Assembly (NCBI GenBank): GCA_964627935.1
Contig: CAZVLB010000001.1
Coordinates: 198,933-262,932, forward strand
Direction of reading: 5' to 3'
Length of the DNA: 64,000 bases
Source of the DNA: an uncultured Ignavibacteria bacterium
Lineage (GTDB): Bacteria > Zixibacteria > MSB-5A5 > JAABVY01
In this document: positions 1 to 9,750 of the stretch, piece after piece
Position numbering within the stretch: the first letter of the stretch is position 1
How the letters are laid out: the number at the start of each line of letters is the position of its first letter
Translations under genes and position numbers: made by a program
Notes under the pieces: generated by a model
The model's database searches: none
What the model saw: the letters and a program-made list of their open reading frames with translations, nothing else
What the model was told of the DNA's origin: nothing

Positions 1-1900
1 TCGTCAAAAAGTAAGGAAATTTATCTGGCAGCTTGCCATCGGCCTCGCGAATTATTATCCCGATATGCGCGGTGTCACCGGGCCGATAAATGCCCCGATC
101 CGAGTATACAAATGCATCGAAGCCCTCATCTATATAGGGCCGTCCCTTGATCTCGAAATCGGTGACCGGCAGACGGGCCTGGTTGAATTCAAGATACGCC
201 AGGTCCTCATCATGGGAGACAGTGATCAAATATGGCTCGAAATCCCCGATCCTCTCCGCAAAATCGTCAAAAACAACAATTCCGCGCGAATCGGTTTTAT
301 CTTCGAGTAGCATCTGGTTGTTTCTGCTCCATAGCTGCACCACGGCATTTTTGACCGGCTTGACCTCGGAGAGGCTGTTGACCCAGACCATCAAATAATC
401 ACCAGACTTACGGGCCATAATACCCAGGTCGGTGATCATAACATAGCGCGATTGCTGATCCCAGCGACGATCCTTTTTTCGCGCACTGATCTTGAAAACG
501 CCGCGCGTGGAATCGCCGATTATTGAGCCGATGTCGATTGTTGTTGTAAGCGGCTGGTTCTTTGTGCCGCCAAGAAAACGTTCTGTTTCAAAAAATGTCT
601 GGCCCAGGATACGGCTGACGTCGTTGCCGTAGTAACGGCCCATCTGATTCCGCTGGGCCATCAGGTAAATTAAGTTGTTGGCGAAAAACCGCTCTACTTC
701 GACAACGATTTGATCGATATTCATAGTCTCGATCTCGAGCAATTTGTTGCCTTCTCTGGGCATGTAGATGGCATCATTTAAAAATGCGATAGTGGCGGGA
801 TAATCGGGCATGGTGAATTTCGATGAGTACTCGCGTTCCAGCACCGAGCCATTAGTCGCTTTCAGCCCCTTGGCAATGTCTACAGTATAAGTGACATCAG
901 GCTTAAAATCACCCTCGAGCATAAATCCACGATATGAGTCCCTGATCCTGAAATCAGTTTCCGGATCTATGCTTACAAAATCCTCTGCTTCCGAAGAGGC
1001 GACATCGGCTGAGAAATTGACATCAATAATGCCCATCTGTCCCGAATAACGCGGTTCAACCCGATTTACAGTCAGACGTTCACGTGCCGCGACTTTCAGG
1101 TTCTTTACAAATTCAGATACGAGACCCTCGCCACAATCCGGGCATTTCAAATCCTTTTCGATGATCAGCTTGTAGGTCTGATCCTGGTCGGTTATTTTGA
1201 CCGGGCCCGCCTTAAAAGTCAATACATCTCCCGGCCCAAGATTATCTCCTCTTGAACTCGTGTTGGTTTCCCTGTTATAGCTGTATGTAATCTCGAAATC
1301 GATATTTTCCTGCGCCGCATTTTCATCGCCTGTAATCGATATGTAGTCGGAAACCACTACAGGATCGACCGCATAATTGAAGTAAATCTCCAGACTGTAA
1401 TTGCGCATATTCGGCCTGTCCGCCGGGGATGTCTCGGTCCAGTAGACATTCCTTATCATCAATGGATCGGTGTAGAAATTGAACTTTCTCTGCTCATTTA
1501 TTTTATTGCCATGCAGGTAGGTTTTATCTGATTTTACCCTGGCTATATAGCCGGTGGCCGGTAACAGCTTTTGATCGGGATAAAACCTTAAAACATCCTG
1601 ATCAATCCAGCGTGCGATCCCTTTGATCTCCGGTTCGAATTCGAGCGGAGGATCTGTTACTACCTTATCCAGGCTGTCCTTTTCAATCATGTCGCGCGTA
1701 AACTTCACAGTAATATTGGTCGCTTGATTGGTGCTTCCCTCCGGACTGAAATCATCAACTTTTACATTCAGGTCCGGCTCGTTTTGCGGGGTGCTGGAGA
1801 GAAGCTCCAACCCCAGAAAGAGAACAGACGCAATAATCAGAAAGTAAACAGCCGCCTGGCGGATTTTGTGATTGTGAAGGCTACTTAAGATCGATGGCAT
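1..1900 (-). CDS. alpha-2-macroglobulin family protein, N-terminal ~633 codons (partial; continues beyond the left window edge)
   Basis: Absent from the ORF track because it has no stop in the window. My own translation of the minus strand from ATG at 1900 (G-rich SD-like run at 1906-1910) stays open to position 1. It starts MPSILSSLHNHKIRQAAVYFLIIASVLFLGL (signal anchor) and continues with LITVSHDEDLAYLEFNQARLPVTDFEIKGRPY and FVYSDRGIYRPGDTAHIGIII, the MG-domain-type repeats of bacterial A2M (YfhM/YfaS-like). Confidence 0.6.
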   Translation of the reverse strand, partial: MPSILSSLHNHKIRQAAVYFLIIASVLFLGLELLSSTPQNEPDLNVKVDDFSPEGSTNQATNITVKFTRDMIEKDSLDKVVTDPPLEFEPEIKGIARWIDQDVLRFYPDQKLLPATGYIARVKSDKTYLHGNKINEQRKFNFYTDPLMIRNVYWTETSPADRPNMRNYSLEIYFNYAVDPVVVSDYISITGDENAAQENIDFEITYSYNRETNTSSRGDNLGPGDVLTFKAGPVKITDQDQTYKLIIEKDLKCPDCGEGLVSEFVKNLKVAARERLTVNRVEPRYSGQMGIIDVNFSADVASSEAEDFVSIDPETDFRIRDSYRGFMLEGDFKPDVTYTVDIAKGLKATNGSVLEREYSSKFTMPDYPATIAFLNDAIYMPREGNKLLEIETMNIDQIVVEVERFFANNLIYLMAQRNQMGRYYGNDVSRILGQTFFETERFLGGTKNQPLTTTIDIGSIIGDSTRGVFKISARKKDRRWDQQSRYVMITDLGIMARKSGDYLMVWVNSLSEVKPVKNAVVQLWSRNNQMLLEDKTDSRGIVVFDDFAERIGDFEPYLITVSHDEDLAYLEFNQARLPVTDFEIKGRPYIDEGFDAFVYSDRGIYRPGDTAHIGIIIREADGKLPDKFPYFLT

Positions 1901-2212
1901 GGCATCCCCCATGATTAAGTTTTTTCTGAAGATCTAAATCGGGCAGGTCATTCATTATACACCGATAAGTCCTTAATGTTTACCGATTTCTGTCAAACAT
2001 GGAATGGTGTTTTCAACAATTTTGGCGAAATCATACAATTTACAGCATATCACAGCCCACCCCCCCTGTCAATTTAAAACTGAGCAAATTGATTCAATGA
2101 ATGGCCATTAAATTCGGAACAGAATGCCATTCCATTATGTTTTTAAATGGAAACAAATTACGATAAAAATAGTATTGTATTACAAAGAATTTTAAATGGA
2201 GATATTTATATT

Positions 2213-4360
2213 ATGCCGGTTAGACATCGACCAGTTTTATCAGCATTGATTCCGGTCTTAATCCTATCGATATTTTTCCTGGCAGATTTGGGGGCCGAAC
2301 CTGTACAGGTGGGGCATGTCCGTGCCGAGTTAATAGCGGAGACAGATTCGATTGTTCCCGGTCAGCCATTCCGGGTCGGACTTCATCTTGTCATGGATGA
2401 GCATTGGCATGTTTACTGGAGAAATCCGGGCGACGCCGGGCTTCCACCGAAAATCAAATGGAATCTGCCGGAGGGTTTCACCGCCTCGCAAATCCAATGG
2501 CCCTACCCGGACAGGTTTGAGGTGCCTCCGCTGGTCAGTTTCGGATTCTATGATTCGGTGCTTCTGCCGGTTGAAATAACTCCGCCGCAAAGCCTTTCAG
2601 ACAGGGATCAAATCGAAATATCCGCTGACGCGGAATGGCTGGCCTGCAAGGAAGAATGTATTCCCGGGCAGGCAAATCTGTCATTATCTATGCCAAACGG
2701 CAGTCAGGCCGGCATAAATGAAAGGCACGCCGATCTTTTTAATCATGTCGACAGAAGGATTCCCTTGAGCGGCTCCGGGTGGCAGGTTTTCGCCGCCGTT
2801 GAAAATGACTATTTGATCTTAAGTCTGAAACAGCCGGAATGGTTTGAGGGCACGCTCTCCGATATCTACTTTTTCCCATATGAAAAAGGCATAATCGATA
2901 ATTCCCATAAACAGGAACTGACCGCTGCGGATAACGGCTTCCTGCTGAATATCAAACTGGCCAAAAACATACAGGAAATACCGGACAGTATCGCCGGTAT
3001 ACTTATCAGCGATAGCGGATGGCGCGGTACCGATTCCGAGAAAGCGATAGCATTCAGCGCCGAAATTGGATACCAACCTGATACTCCGCAGGCTGTGGCC
3101 TCTATAGATCAGATCAGCATCTGGAAAGCACTTCTGTTTGCATTTCTGGGCGGCATAATATTGAACCTGATGCCATGTGTGCTGCCGGTGCTGTCGCTCA
3201 AAATTCTCGGCTTTGTCAACCAGGCCGGCGAGAATCGTGCACGAGTGTTTGCACATGGGGCGGTATTTACCTCCGGTGTCCTGATATCTTTCTGGATCCT
3301 GGCCGGCGCATTGATTCTTTTGCAGGCCGGCGGCCAGCAACTGGGCTGGGGCTTTCAGCTCCAGTCGCCGGAATTTATCATGATCCTTTCCGGTTTCATG
3401 TTTCTTTTCGGGCTGAATCTTCTGGGTGTTTTCGAAATGGGAACATCATTGACAACAGTCGGGGGGAGAAGCGCCGGCAAGGGGGGGTGGTCCGGGTCAT
3501 TCCTGAATGGTATCACGGCAACGATAGTGGCCACTCCCTGCACTGCGCCATTTATGGGCACTGCACTTGGATTTACAATTACACAATCGGCATTGATCTC
3601 TTTTGCAGTATTTACCGCACTGGGGCTGGGAATGTCCGCGCCCTATCTTATAATTTCAGCCTTTCCTGCGCTCCTGAAATTTATCCCAAAACCGGGTCGC
3701 TGGATGGAAACCCTGAAGCATATTATGGGCTTTTTGCTTCTGGCAACTGTTATCTGGCTGAGCTGGGTGCTGGGTATACAGGGCGGAGCAAATGCGGTGA
3801 TTGTCCTCATGATTGTGCTCCTGCTTCTCGGTATCGCCGCGTGGATTTACGGCCGATGGTCGCGGGCTCACGGCAGGACAGTAGTCAAAGTCGCCGCTTA
3901 TTCGTTTTCAATCGTACTGGTAGTCACGGCAATTGTTTTTGGTGTAACCGGCCTCAATGGCTCGAATATGGCTATGGCCCGCAATATATCATCATCGCAA
4001 CATGGCTTGATAGAATGGCATCCCTTCAGCGAAGAAAAAATCGCCGAGCTAAAAAGCGCGGGCAAGCCGATCTTTATCGATTTCACCGCGGCCTGGTGCC
4101 TTAGCTGCCAGGTCAATGAGCAGGTCGCATTTGGTTCACGCAAAGTGCAGGAGCGGTTCGCCGACCTGGGCATTACGGCAATAAAGGCCGACTGGACCTC
4201 CCGTGATGAACGAATCACACGCGCCTTGGCAAAATACGGGAGAAACAGCGTGCCCCTGTATATACTCTATGGCGAGGGCGCGCCTGATGACCCGATTATA
4301 CTGCCGCAGATATTAACCCCCGGTGTCGTGCTTGAGGCACTGCAAAAAATTGACAGTTAG
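2213..4360 (+). CDS. dsbD: DsbD-family thiol:disulfide reductase (N-terminal DsbD-alpha-like domain, central membrane domain, C-terminal thioredoxin)
   Basis: ORF 2147..4360. I prefer the ATG at 2213 (GGAGA about 10 nt upstream, then a signal-like MPVRHRPVLSALIPVLILSIFFLA). It has CKEECIPG in the N-domain, membrane Cys motifs LMPCVLPVL and ATPCTAPF, and a C-terminal WCLSCQ thioredoxin motif. Confidence 0.8.
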   Translation: MPVRHRPVLSALIPVLILSIFFLADLGAEPVQVGHVRAELIAETDSIVPGQPFRVGLHLVMDEHWHVYWRNPGDAGLPPKIKWNLPEGFTASQIQWPYPDRFEVPPLVSFGFYDSVLLPVEITPPQSLSDRDQIEISADAEWLACKEECIPGQANLSLSMPNGSQAGINERHADLFNHVDRRIPLSGSGWQVFAAVENDYLILSLKQPEWFEGTLSDIYFFPYEKGIIDNSHKQELTAADNGFLLNIKLAKNIQEIPDSIAGILISDSGWRGTDSEKAIAFSAEIGYQPDTPQAVASIDQISIWKALLFAFLGGIILNLMPCVLPVLSLKILGFVNQAGENRARVFAHGAVFTSGVLISFWILAGALILLQAGGQQLGWGFQLQSPEFIMILSGFMFLFGLNLLGVFEMGTSLTTVGGRSAGKGGWSGSFLNGITATIVATPCTAPFMGTALGFTITQSALISFAVFTALGLGMSAPYLIISAFPALLKFIPKPGRWMETLKHIMGFLLLATVIWLSWVLGIQGGANAVIVLMIVLLLLGIAAWIYGRWSRAHGRTVVKVAAYSFSIVLVVTAIVFGVTGLNGSNMAMARNISSSQHGLIEWHPFSEEKIAELKSAGKPIFIDFTAAWCLSCQVNEQVAFGSRKVQERFADLGITAIKADWTSRDERITRALAKYGRNSVPLYILYGEGAPDDPIILPQILTPGVVLEALQKIDS

Positions 4361-4400
4361 AGCAAAATCTGAAAATTAAATACTTTAAAAGGAGCTATCT

Positions 4401-5099
4401 ATGAAAATCATGCTGTTTATTATCACCTTAGTTATTGGCGGTGTTTTATTTGCCGTCTTTTCATCGGAGGAGAAGCAGGCCGAGTCAGGAATGAATACAG
4501 AGGCAGAAGGTCAGATGGCTGCCGCAAAGATGGAACATGAATCGGAATCAGAGACTGCCACTGTCGGTGAAAAGGCTCCGATTTTCACTCTGACAAGCGC
4601 GGCGGGAAACGGTCATTCGCTTTCCGATTTCAAGGGCAAGTATGTCGTGCTGGAATGGATCAATTTCGACTGCCCCTTCGTGAAGAAGCACTACAACTCC
4701 GGCAATATGCCCGAGATGCAGAAAAAGTATCAGGACAAGGATGTCGTCTGGCTGTCGATCTGTTCATCTGCGCCCGGCAAGCAGGGATATTTTGATGGTG
4801 ATGCGCTAAAAAAGCGTTTGGAATCCGAGGGGCACAGCGCGACCGCCTACTTGATCGATTCCGAGGGTACGGTCGGCAAAATGTATGAGGCCAAAGCCAC
4901 CCCTCATATGTATGTCATAGATCCTGAGGGTGTGCTGATCTATGCCGGCGCTATCGATGACAAACCATCTACCAATGTTAACGATATTCCGGAATCGACA
5001 AACTATGTTAAGAATGCGCTCGAGGCCAGCATGGCCGGCGAGCCTGTGGAGACGAAATACACTCAGGCTTACGGCTGTTCGGTTAAGTACGGCGGCTAA
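4401..5099 (+). CDS. membrane-anchored/secreted thioredoxin-fold redoxin (AhpC/TSA/TlpA-like)
   Basis: AAGGAG RBS before the ATG and an N-terminal hydrophobic anchor MKIMLFIITLVIGGVLFAVF. The redoxin-like core reads KYVVLEWINFDCPFVKKHY...ATPHMYVIDPEGVLIY. It sits immediately downstream of the dsbD-like gene. Confidence 0.6.
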   Translation: MKIMLFIITLVIGGVLFAVFSSEEKQAESGMNTEAEGQMAAAKMEHESESETATVGEKAPIFTLTSAAGNGHSLSDFKGKYVVLEWINFDCPFVKKHYNSGNMPEMQKKYQDKDVVWLSICSSAPGKQGYFDGDALKKRLESEGHSATAYLIDSEGTVGKMYEAKATPHMYVIDPEGVLIYAGAIDDKPSTNVNDIPESTNYVKNALEASMAGEPVETKYTQAYGCSVKYGG

Positions 5100-5124
5100 G
5101 AATTAACTTTTCGTATAATATAAA

Positions 5125-5151
5125 AAATGGCCCCATTCAATGGGGCCATTT
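5125..5151. terminator. bidirectional intrinsic terminator hairpin between convergent genes
   Basis: Perfect 11-bp stem AAATGGCCCCA / TGGGGCCATTT with a 5-nt loop. It has an A-run on one side and a T-run on the other, between the 4401..5099 (+) and 5178..7112 (-) stops. Confidence 0.75.
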
Positions 5152-5177
5152 CTATTGCCTCGTAATTCTGATAAAAA

Positions 5178-7112
5178 TCATTCACATATAGCGCAGGGAA
5201 TTTCTCCACCTGCGAAGATATAGTTTATGATCCAGACAGCATCGCTGACATTGACATCATCATCGCAATTCGTATCGGCGGATGTTATGTCCTGAGGTGC
5301 ATCTCCGGATACGAAGACATAGTTAAGCAAATACACAGCATCGCTGACATTCACGAATCCATCGCTGTTTGCATCGCCACAAACAGTTGTCAGGTCGGAA
5401 TAGTATTCAAATAATCCATCCGATGATTCAGCCACTGATTTCATCAGATACAGGTCCGGCAGGTTATCCTCATTGCCTTTGTCAAATGGATTGATCACAT
5501 CCCCATAGTATCTGACCAGATTTACGCCTCCCCGCGCGATTACATTGGAGATGCATCTTTGCCATTCTGTGCAGGTGCTGGTATCATAGGGATTGCAGTC
5601 ATAGTTCCAGCCGCTTTCCATATACTGGTCGCAATCCTCGCAGATAAAACATGTCTCGAAGCCGGGGCTGGCATTTTCGAGCCCGTCGGTAAATGTAAAT
5701 ATGTACCCGGTGGCCCCTCCCAGTTCAGACATGGTACAGTTTGCCTGACACATGGCGGCCGCCAGGGGGGTATCATGGCGCGGTCCGGGAATATTGTCTA
5801 TGGCTGTGTATAATAGATTTGTGTCCGATGTGAAGTCCTGCGCCAAAACGATACCATCGGCATTGAAATACATCAGCGCAGTTTCTATAACACCCTCATA
5901 TTCGCTGTCATCCGGGTCAACCAGCCTGGAGATATCATCTTTGGCATATTGTTTGGCCCGCTCAAGACGGGTTTGGCCCAGAGGGTTGGCATAGACCATC
6001 GAGCCCGAGCGATCAATTAAGATCATGGCTCTGGGTTGACATCCCGGATCCTCGATTGCTCCCATCAGCATTCCCCATGGGTTGCCGGGATTACCTGCAA
6101 GACAGGGGGAATTTGCGCTTAACGAAAAATCCTTCATGTAGTAATTGCAGAACATTGGATTTTCTGAAATATTTGTGGCGCTGTAATAGATAGTCCCATT
6201 GCCAAAGAAATTATTGTAGTTGACCATCGCATCGGCGGCTTCGATACCGGCCTTCTGGTTCCAGGCAACTATATTGAGGGTGATATTGATATCATCGCCT
6301 TCCAAAATCTTGATACCGCGCGGATTATTGACAATCGTGTTATTCTGGACGGTACAATTATAACCGTGAATATAAACGCCAGCCGCGGCATAACCAGACG
6401 GATCGGAGACCGGGTCATTTTCATGGCCCGGTGGGGGAGAGGATTTGGGCTCCTCAACATTATCGTAAATCGTATTGTAGCGGATAATGACATTCTCCAC
6501 ATAAGAAGTCGGATAAACATGCGAGTTTGCCGGACAGCCGATTCCCGAGCCGTGAGGAGCGCGGTTGGCATATATCTCATTATATTCAATTAATGCATCT
6601 TCCTGGTAGCCATGCAGCGCAATTCCACCCCCGGTGACACTGCCATCATTATGGTGTATCTTGTTATGGCGGATTTTTATACTCGAATTGAGGCAGTAGA
6701 ATCCCGCACCATCCTCCCAGATTGTGGAATTATAGCTGATGTCACAGTTTTTGACTGTCGGCCCGGCATTTATGCAGCGAATGCCCACCGCACCCTGAGT
6801 GCCCGAAATCGTGAATCCATTGATCTCACTGTGGTTGCCATTATCGTCACTGATAAAGATTATCGGCTCATAAGGATCCGCCGGATTAAGAACAGTATTT
6901 TCATATCCCGAGGAGGACAGCAAAACAATCTTTTTACTGCCAATCTGGATATTTTCTACATAGGTGCCCAGGGCAACCAGTATTGTATCCCCATATCCAG
7001 CAATGTCATAGGCCGTCTGAATGTCCCCGTAATCGCCCGGAACATTGATAGTGCCGCCAAGACAAACCTGACACAGCACAAGCAATAGAACAAAACTTGC
7101 GGCGATTTTCAT
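5178..7112 (-). CDS. secreted multidomain protein: right-handed beta-helix repeats + vWA domain + Cys-rich segment + C-terminal dockerin-like module
   Basis: ORF 5178..7292. I prefer the ATG at 7112 (GGGAGG RBS at 7116-7121, signal peptide MKIAASFVLLLVLCQVCLG). Parallel beta-helix-type repeats are present (NTISGTQG, CDISYNS, IRHNKIHHN, IEYNEIYAN, IRYNTIYDN). The vWA MIDAS-like motif reads MILIDRSGSM...TFTDGLEN. The C-terminus is GDANSDGFVNVSDAVYLLNYVF...DTNCDDDVNVSDAVWIINYIFAGGEIPCAICE. Confidence 0.6.
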   Translation of the reverse strand: MKIAASFVLLLVLCQVCLGGTINVPGDYGDIQTAYDIAGYGDTILVALGTYVENIQIGSKKIVLLSSSGYENTVLNPADPYEPIIFISDDNGNHSEINGFTISGTQGAVGIRCINAGPTVKNCDISYNSTIWEDGAGFYCLNSSIKIRHNKIHHNDGSVTGGGIALHGYQEDALIEYNEIYANRAPHGSGIGCPANSHVYPTSYVENVIIRYNTIYDNVEEPKSSPPPGHENDPVSDPSGYAAAGVYIHGYNCTVQNNTIVNNPRGIKILEGDDINITLNIVAWNQKAGIEAADAMVNYNNFFGNGTIYYSATNISENPMFCNYYMKDFSLSANSPCLAGNPGNPWGMLMGAIEDPGCQPRAMILIDRSGSMVYANPLGQTRLERAKQYAKDDISRLVDPDDSEYEGVIETALMYFNADGIVLAQDFTSDTNLLYTAIDNIPGPRHDTPLAAAMCQANCTMSELGGATGYIFTFTDGLENASPGFETCFICEDCDQYMESGWNYDCNPYDTSTCTEWQRCISNVIARGGVNLVRYYGDVINPFDKGNEDNLPDLYLMKSVAESSDGLFEYYSDLTTVCGDANSDGFVNVSDAVYLLNYVFVSGDAPQDITSADTNCDDDVNVSDAVWIINYIFAGGEIPCAICE

Positions 7113-7297
7113 TTTACCTCCCAAAATTGTAGTAATATTACCGGTGGGAATAGTATTCCGAGATGTCAGGCAAATGAGGTGGTCCCAAAAACTCTCTAAA
7201 CAAAAAATAGACCCATTCCAAATTATGTCAAGGAAAATTAATAGTAATGAAAAGGGGCCGGCAGTTTTAACCGACCCCTGACAAATCAACATTTAGT

Positions 7298-9124
7298 TCA
7301 ATTCATAGGACATTCAGCGCAGGGCTCAGCGCCGCCGGAGAATATATAATTGACCATATAAACCGCATCCACAAGGTTAACGCGGCCATCACAGTTGACA
7401 TCCGCCTTCTCCATCGGTTGCGGAGCCGGTCCATCCACAAAGATGTAGTTTATGATAAACACCGCATCGGTAATCGAAACCATATCATCACTGTTGGCAT
7501 CGCCGCAAATCGGAAGAGCCGGATTGATCCTGATCGAAAATATGGCCGTATCCTTCTGTGCCGGATCACCGCTGTCGGTCATCTCGACCTCGAAGTTGAA
7601 TGTTGAGGGCCAGGTGGGGATACCGGAGACAACTCCCATCGTGTCACCCTCAAATGTGCAGCCATAGGGAATCTGGCCGTTCAGCATGGTCCAGTGATAG
7701 GGCCTGGTGCCACCGAAGGCCTTTAATCTGTACTCATAGGGAGTCAGCTTGTAACCCTCGGGCGGAATTTCCCTCAGGATCGTAAAGCCCATTGTCAGGC
7801 CCTTGATACAGAAATTGGCGGTGCTGTCAAAATCATACATGTCTTTCCATTGTCCATCCTCATAATAGAAGCTTTGGCCCGGCTCGGAGGATGATTCCAC
7901 GATAACCCGGCCCTCGGCGCCCAGCAAAACCGGAACATCCGAGGTGCGGTCGTAGGCATGGCCCCCCTGCGAAAATTCTATTTCGATATAGAAATCATCC
8001 CCCTCGGTTAATTCGACCGGCTCCAGCAGATCGACCGTGTGTAAACCCGTGTAATCAAAATGTCCGCTTTGAGAGCTGAGCAGGCCGGAAAGCTCTGTGC
8101 CATCAAAATCATCGTAAACTCTGATCACGAAATCGACATCATCGGTTACGGTAAAAAAGCTGACCGAAGCCATTAGCTCGTCGGCATTTGCGATGAATTT
8201 GTTAAAGCCCCGGTTGCAGTCGCTTTTGGTGTCCCGCCAGCCATGATAATCGTGGTAATAAACAGTCTGATATCTCATCGGCTCAACATTTATAAATGAC
8301 ACCGCTCCCATCTGGGGATCCTGGCCACATACGCGGTCATAATATGAAATCCAGAAATAGCCGTCTTCACCCCACCATTCACCCCAGCTGTTTTTGCACA
8401 GCCAGGCCCCGGGCAGAGGAGCCGGGGTCTGTTTGTTGTCGTCCCAGCCGACTATGGCGATTGCATGAGTCGGGTCGCGCAGATCATCGGGGGGCTGATA
8501 ATGCGCATAGTTTTCCATCAGATAATCATCATACAGCATAGCCGTAGCGATCACACCATGCTGCATCAATTTCGATTTTATCAGGTTGATATTTTCCAGT
8601 TCCGGCCCGGCGGTATACCATTCGATATGACGGGCATAGTAGTAGTGATAATCCTCCGAATGGCGATCCGGAGCCACCGCAAATGATTGTCCATCGGAAT
8701 TTCTGACTGCTCCCTCACCCCGCGAAAGATAAGCCGAGGTCACCATATAGTCGCCGCCCTCATGAACCGTAAGTCCATTGCCTGTAGGGGGATCCAGGTC
8801 TTCATTGAAAAACTGGTTGAAGCCGTTCCACCAGTCCAGGTGGTACTCTGCCAGGTTCGGTTCGCCCGCCTCACCATTGCCTGCCCATGCTCCGGTCATC
8901 AGCAGATTGCTCTCCATCGACGCCATTGCGCCATGTGTCCAGCAGGTGCCGCCGTCCTGGCTTTTGATTGATGTCACGTAGTTTTTGCCGTTGTGGTTAC
9001 GCAAGTCGAAAGCTGATGGGTAATTTGCATTTAAGGGTGCTGAGCTAAACCAAATAATTAATGTAAAAAGCAGAGTAATCAGGCTACTGCCTTTGCAGCG
9101 TATAAGCATGTTGTTGTCGTCCAT
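7298..9124 (-). CDS. secreted papain-like (C1 family) cysteine peptidase with C-terminal dockerin-like module
   Basis: The catalytic motifs are QDGGTCWTHGAMASMESN (Cys), THAIAIVGWDD (His) and WLCKNSWGEWWGEDGYFWISY (Asn/Trp). There is an N-terminal hydrophobic signal. The C-terminus is GDANSDDMVSITDAVFIINYIF...DVNCDGRVNLVDAVYMVNYIFSGGAEPCAECPMN. Confidence 0.85.
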   Translation of the reverse strand: MDDNNMLIRCKGSSLITLLFTLIIWFSSAPLNANYPSAFDLRNHNGKNYVTSIKSQDGGTCWTHGAMASMESNLLMTGAWAGNGEAGEPNLAEYHLDWWNGFNQFFNEDLDPPTGNGLTVHEGGDYMVTSAYLSRGEGAVRNSDGQSFAVAPDRHSEDYHYYYARHIEWYTAGPELENINLIKSKLMQHGVIATAMLYDDYLMENYAHYQPPDDLRDPTHAIAIVGWDDNKQTPAPLPGAWLCKNSWGEWWGEDGYFWISYYDRVCGQDPQMGAVSFINVEPMRYQTVYYHDYHGWRDTKSDCNRGFNKFIANADELMASVSFFTVTDDVDFVIRVYDDFDGTELSGLLSSQSGHFDYTGLHTVDLLEPVELTEGDDFYIEIEFSQGGHAYDRTSDVPVLLGAEGRVIVESSSEPGQSFYYEDGQWKDMYDFDSTANFCIKGLTMGFTILREIPPEGYKLTPYEYRLKAFGGTRPYHWTMLNGQIPYGCTFEGDTMGVVSGIPTWPSTFNFEVEMTDSGDPAQKDTAIFSIRINPALPICGDANSDDMVSITDAVFIINYIFVDGPAPQPMEKADVNCDGRVNLVDAVYMVNYIFSGGAEPCAECPMN

Positions 9125-9457
9125 TTTGTTTCCGCCGTATTTTGAAGTAAATTGTATGACCGTTTATGGAGAAATTAATGCATTTTATGCTCTTGTCAAC
9201 AGATTACCTGCCTCTCATCCAGATTTGAATTTGAGCTTGGATTCATGGGCTGAGAATGGCCATAGAACCTGACCAAATTGCTAAACCACTTTTTTTTTGA
9301 AAATGCAATTTTTTTCTCGCATTCGTAAAAAATATTGCTAATATATCCCTCCAAAAATAAGCCCAGTGCGTATCACTATGAAATGCATTGATACAACCAA
9401 AGCTTTTGAAAAATATGATGGTTAGAAACATACAAGTCTAATCTGGAGGATATTACA

Positions 9458-9649
9458 ATGAAGGTTAAGGTCGACAAAGAACTGTGTACCGGCGACAGCA
9501 TTTGTGTAGATATCTGTCCCGACGTTTTCGTCATGAATGATGATGATATCGCTGAAGTTCTCGTTGATGAAGTTCCCGAGGATCTGGAAGAAGCCGTCCG
9601 CGAAGCCGCCGACAGCTGCCCCGAGAGCTGCATCATCATCGAAGAATAA
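9458..9649 (+). CDS. small monocluster ferredoxin
   Basis: 63 aa with a GGAGG RBS. The motifs CTGDSICVDICPDVF ... AADSCPESCI are typical of short [3Fe-4S]/[4Fe-4S] ferredoxins. Confidence 0.85.
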   Translation: MKVKVDKELCTGDSICVDICPDVFVMNDDDIAEVLVDEVPEDLEEAVREAADSCPESCIIIEE

Positions 9650-9702
9650 TGATATTTACATCCCGATGACGATATAGATTTGATCGATTAAAATCAAATT
9701 AT

Positions 9703-9738
9703 AAGGCCGGAGAATGATTCTCCGGCCTTTATATTTTT
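9703..9738. terminator. bidirectional intrinsic terminator
   Basis: 12-bp stem AAGGCCGGAGAA / TTCTCCGGCCTT followed by TATATTTTT. It lies between the convergent ferredoxin (+) and regulator (-) genes. Confidence 0.75.
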
Positions 9739-9750
9739 AAAATACAAGGA

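Noticed and set aside
7113-7292. N-terminal extensions offered by the ORF track: 7113-7292, 2147-2212, 16130-16180, 25303-25488, 31962-31997, 53213-53266, 52781-52795 and 57878-57904.
   Set aside because: In each case an internal ATG with a clear Shine-Dalgarno sequence yields a proper signal peptide or a family-typical N-terminus. The extensions overlap upstream genes, hairpins or promoters.
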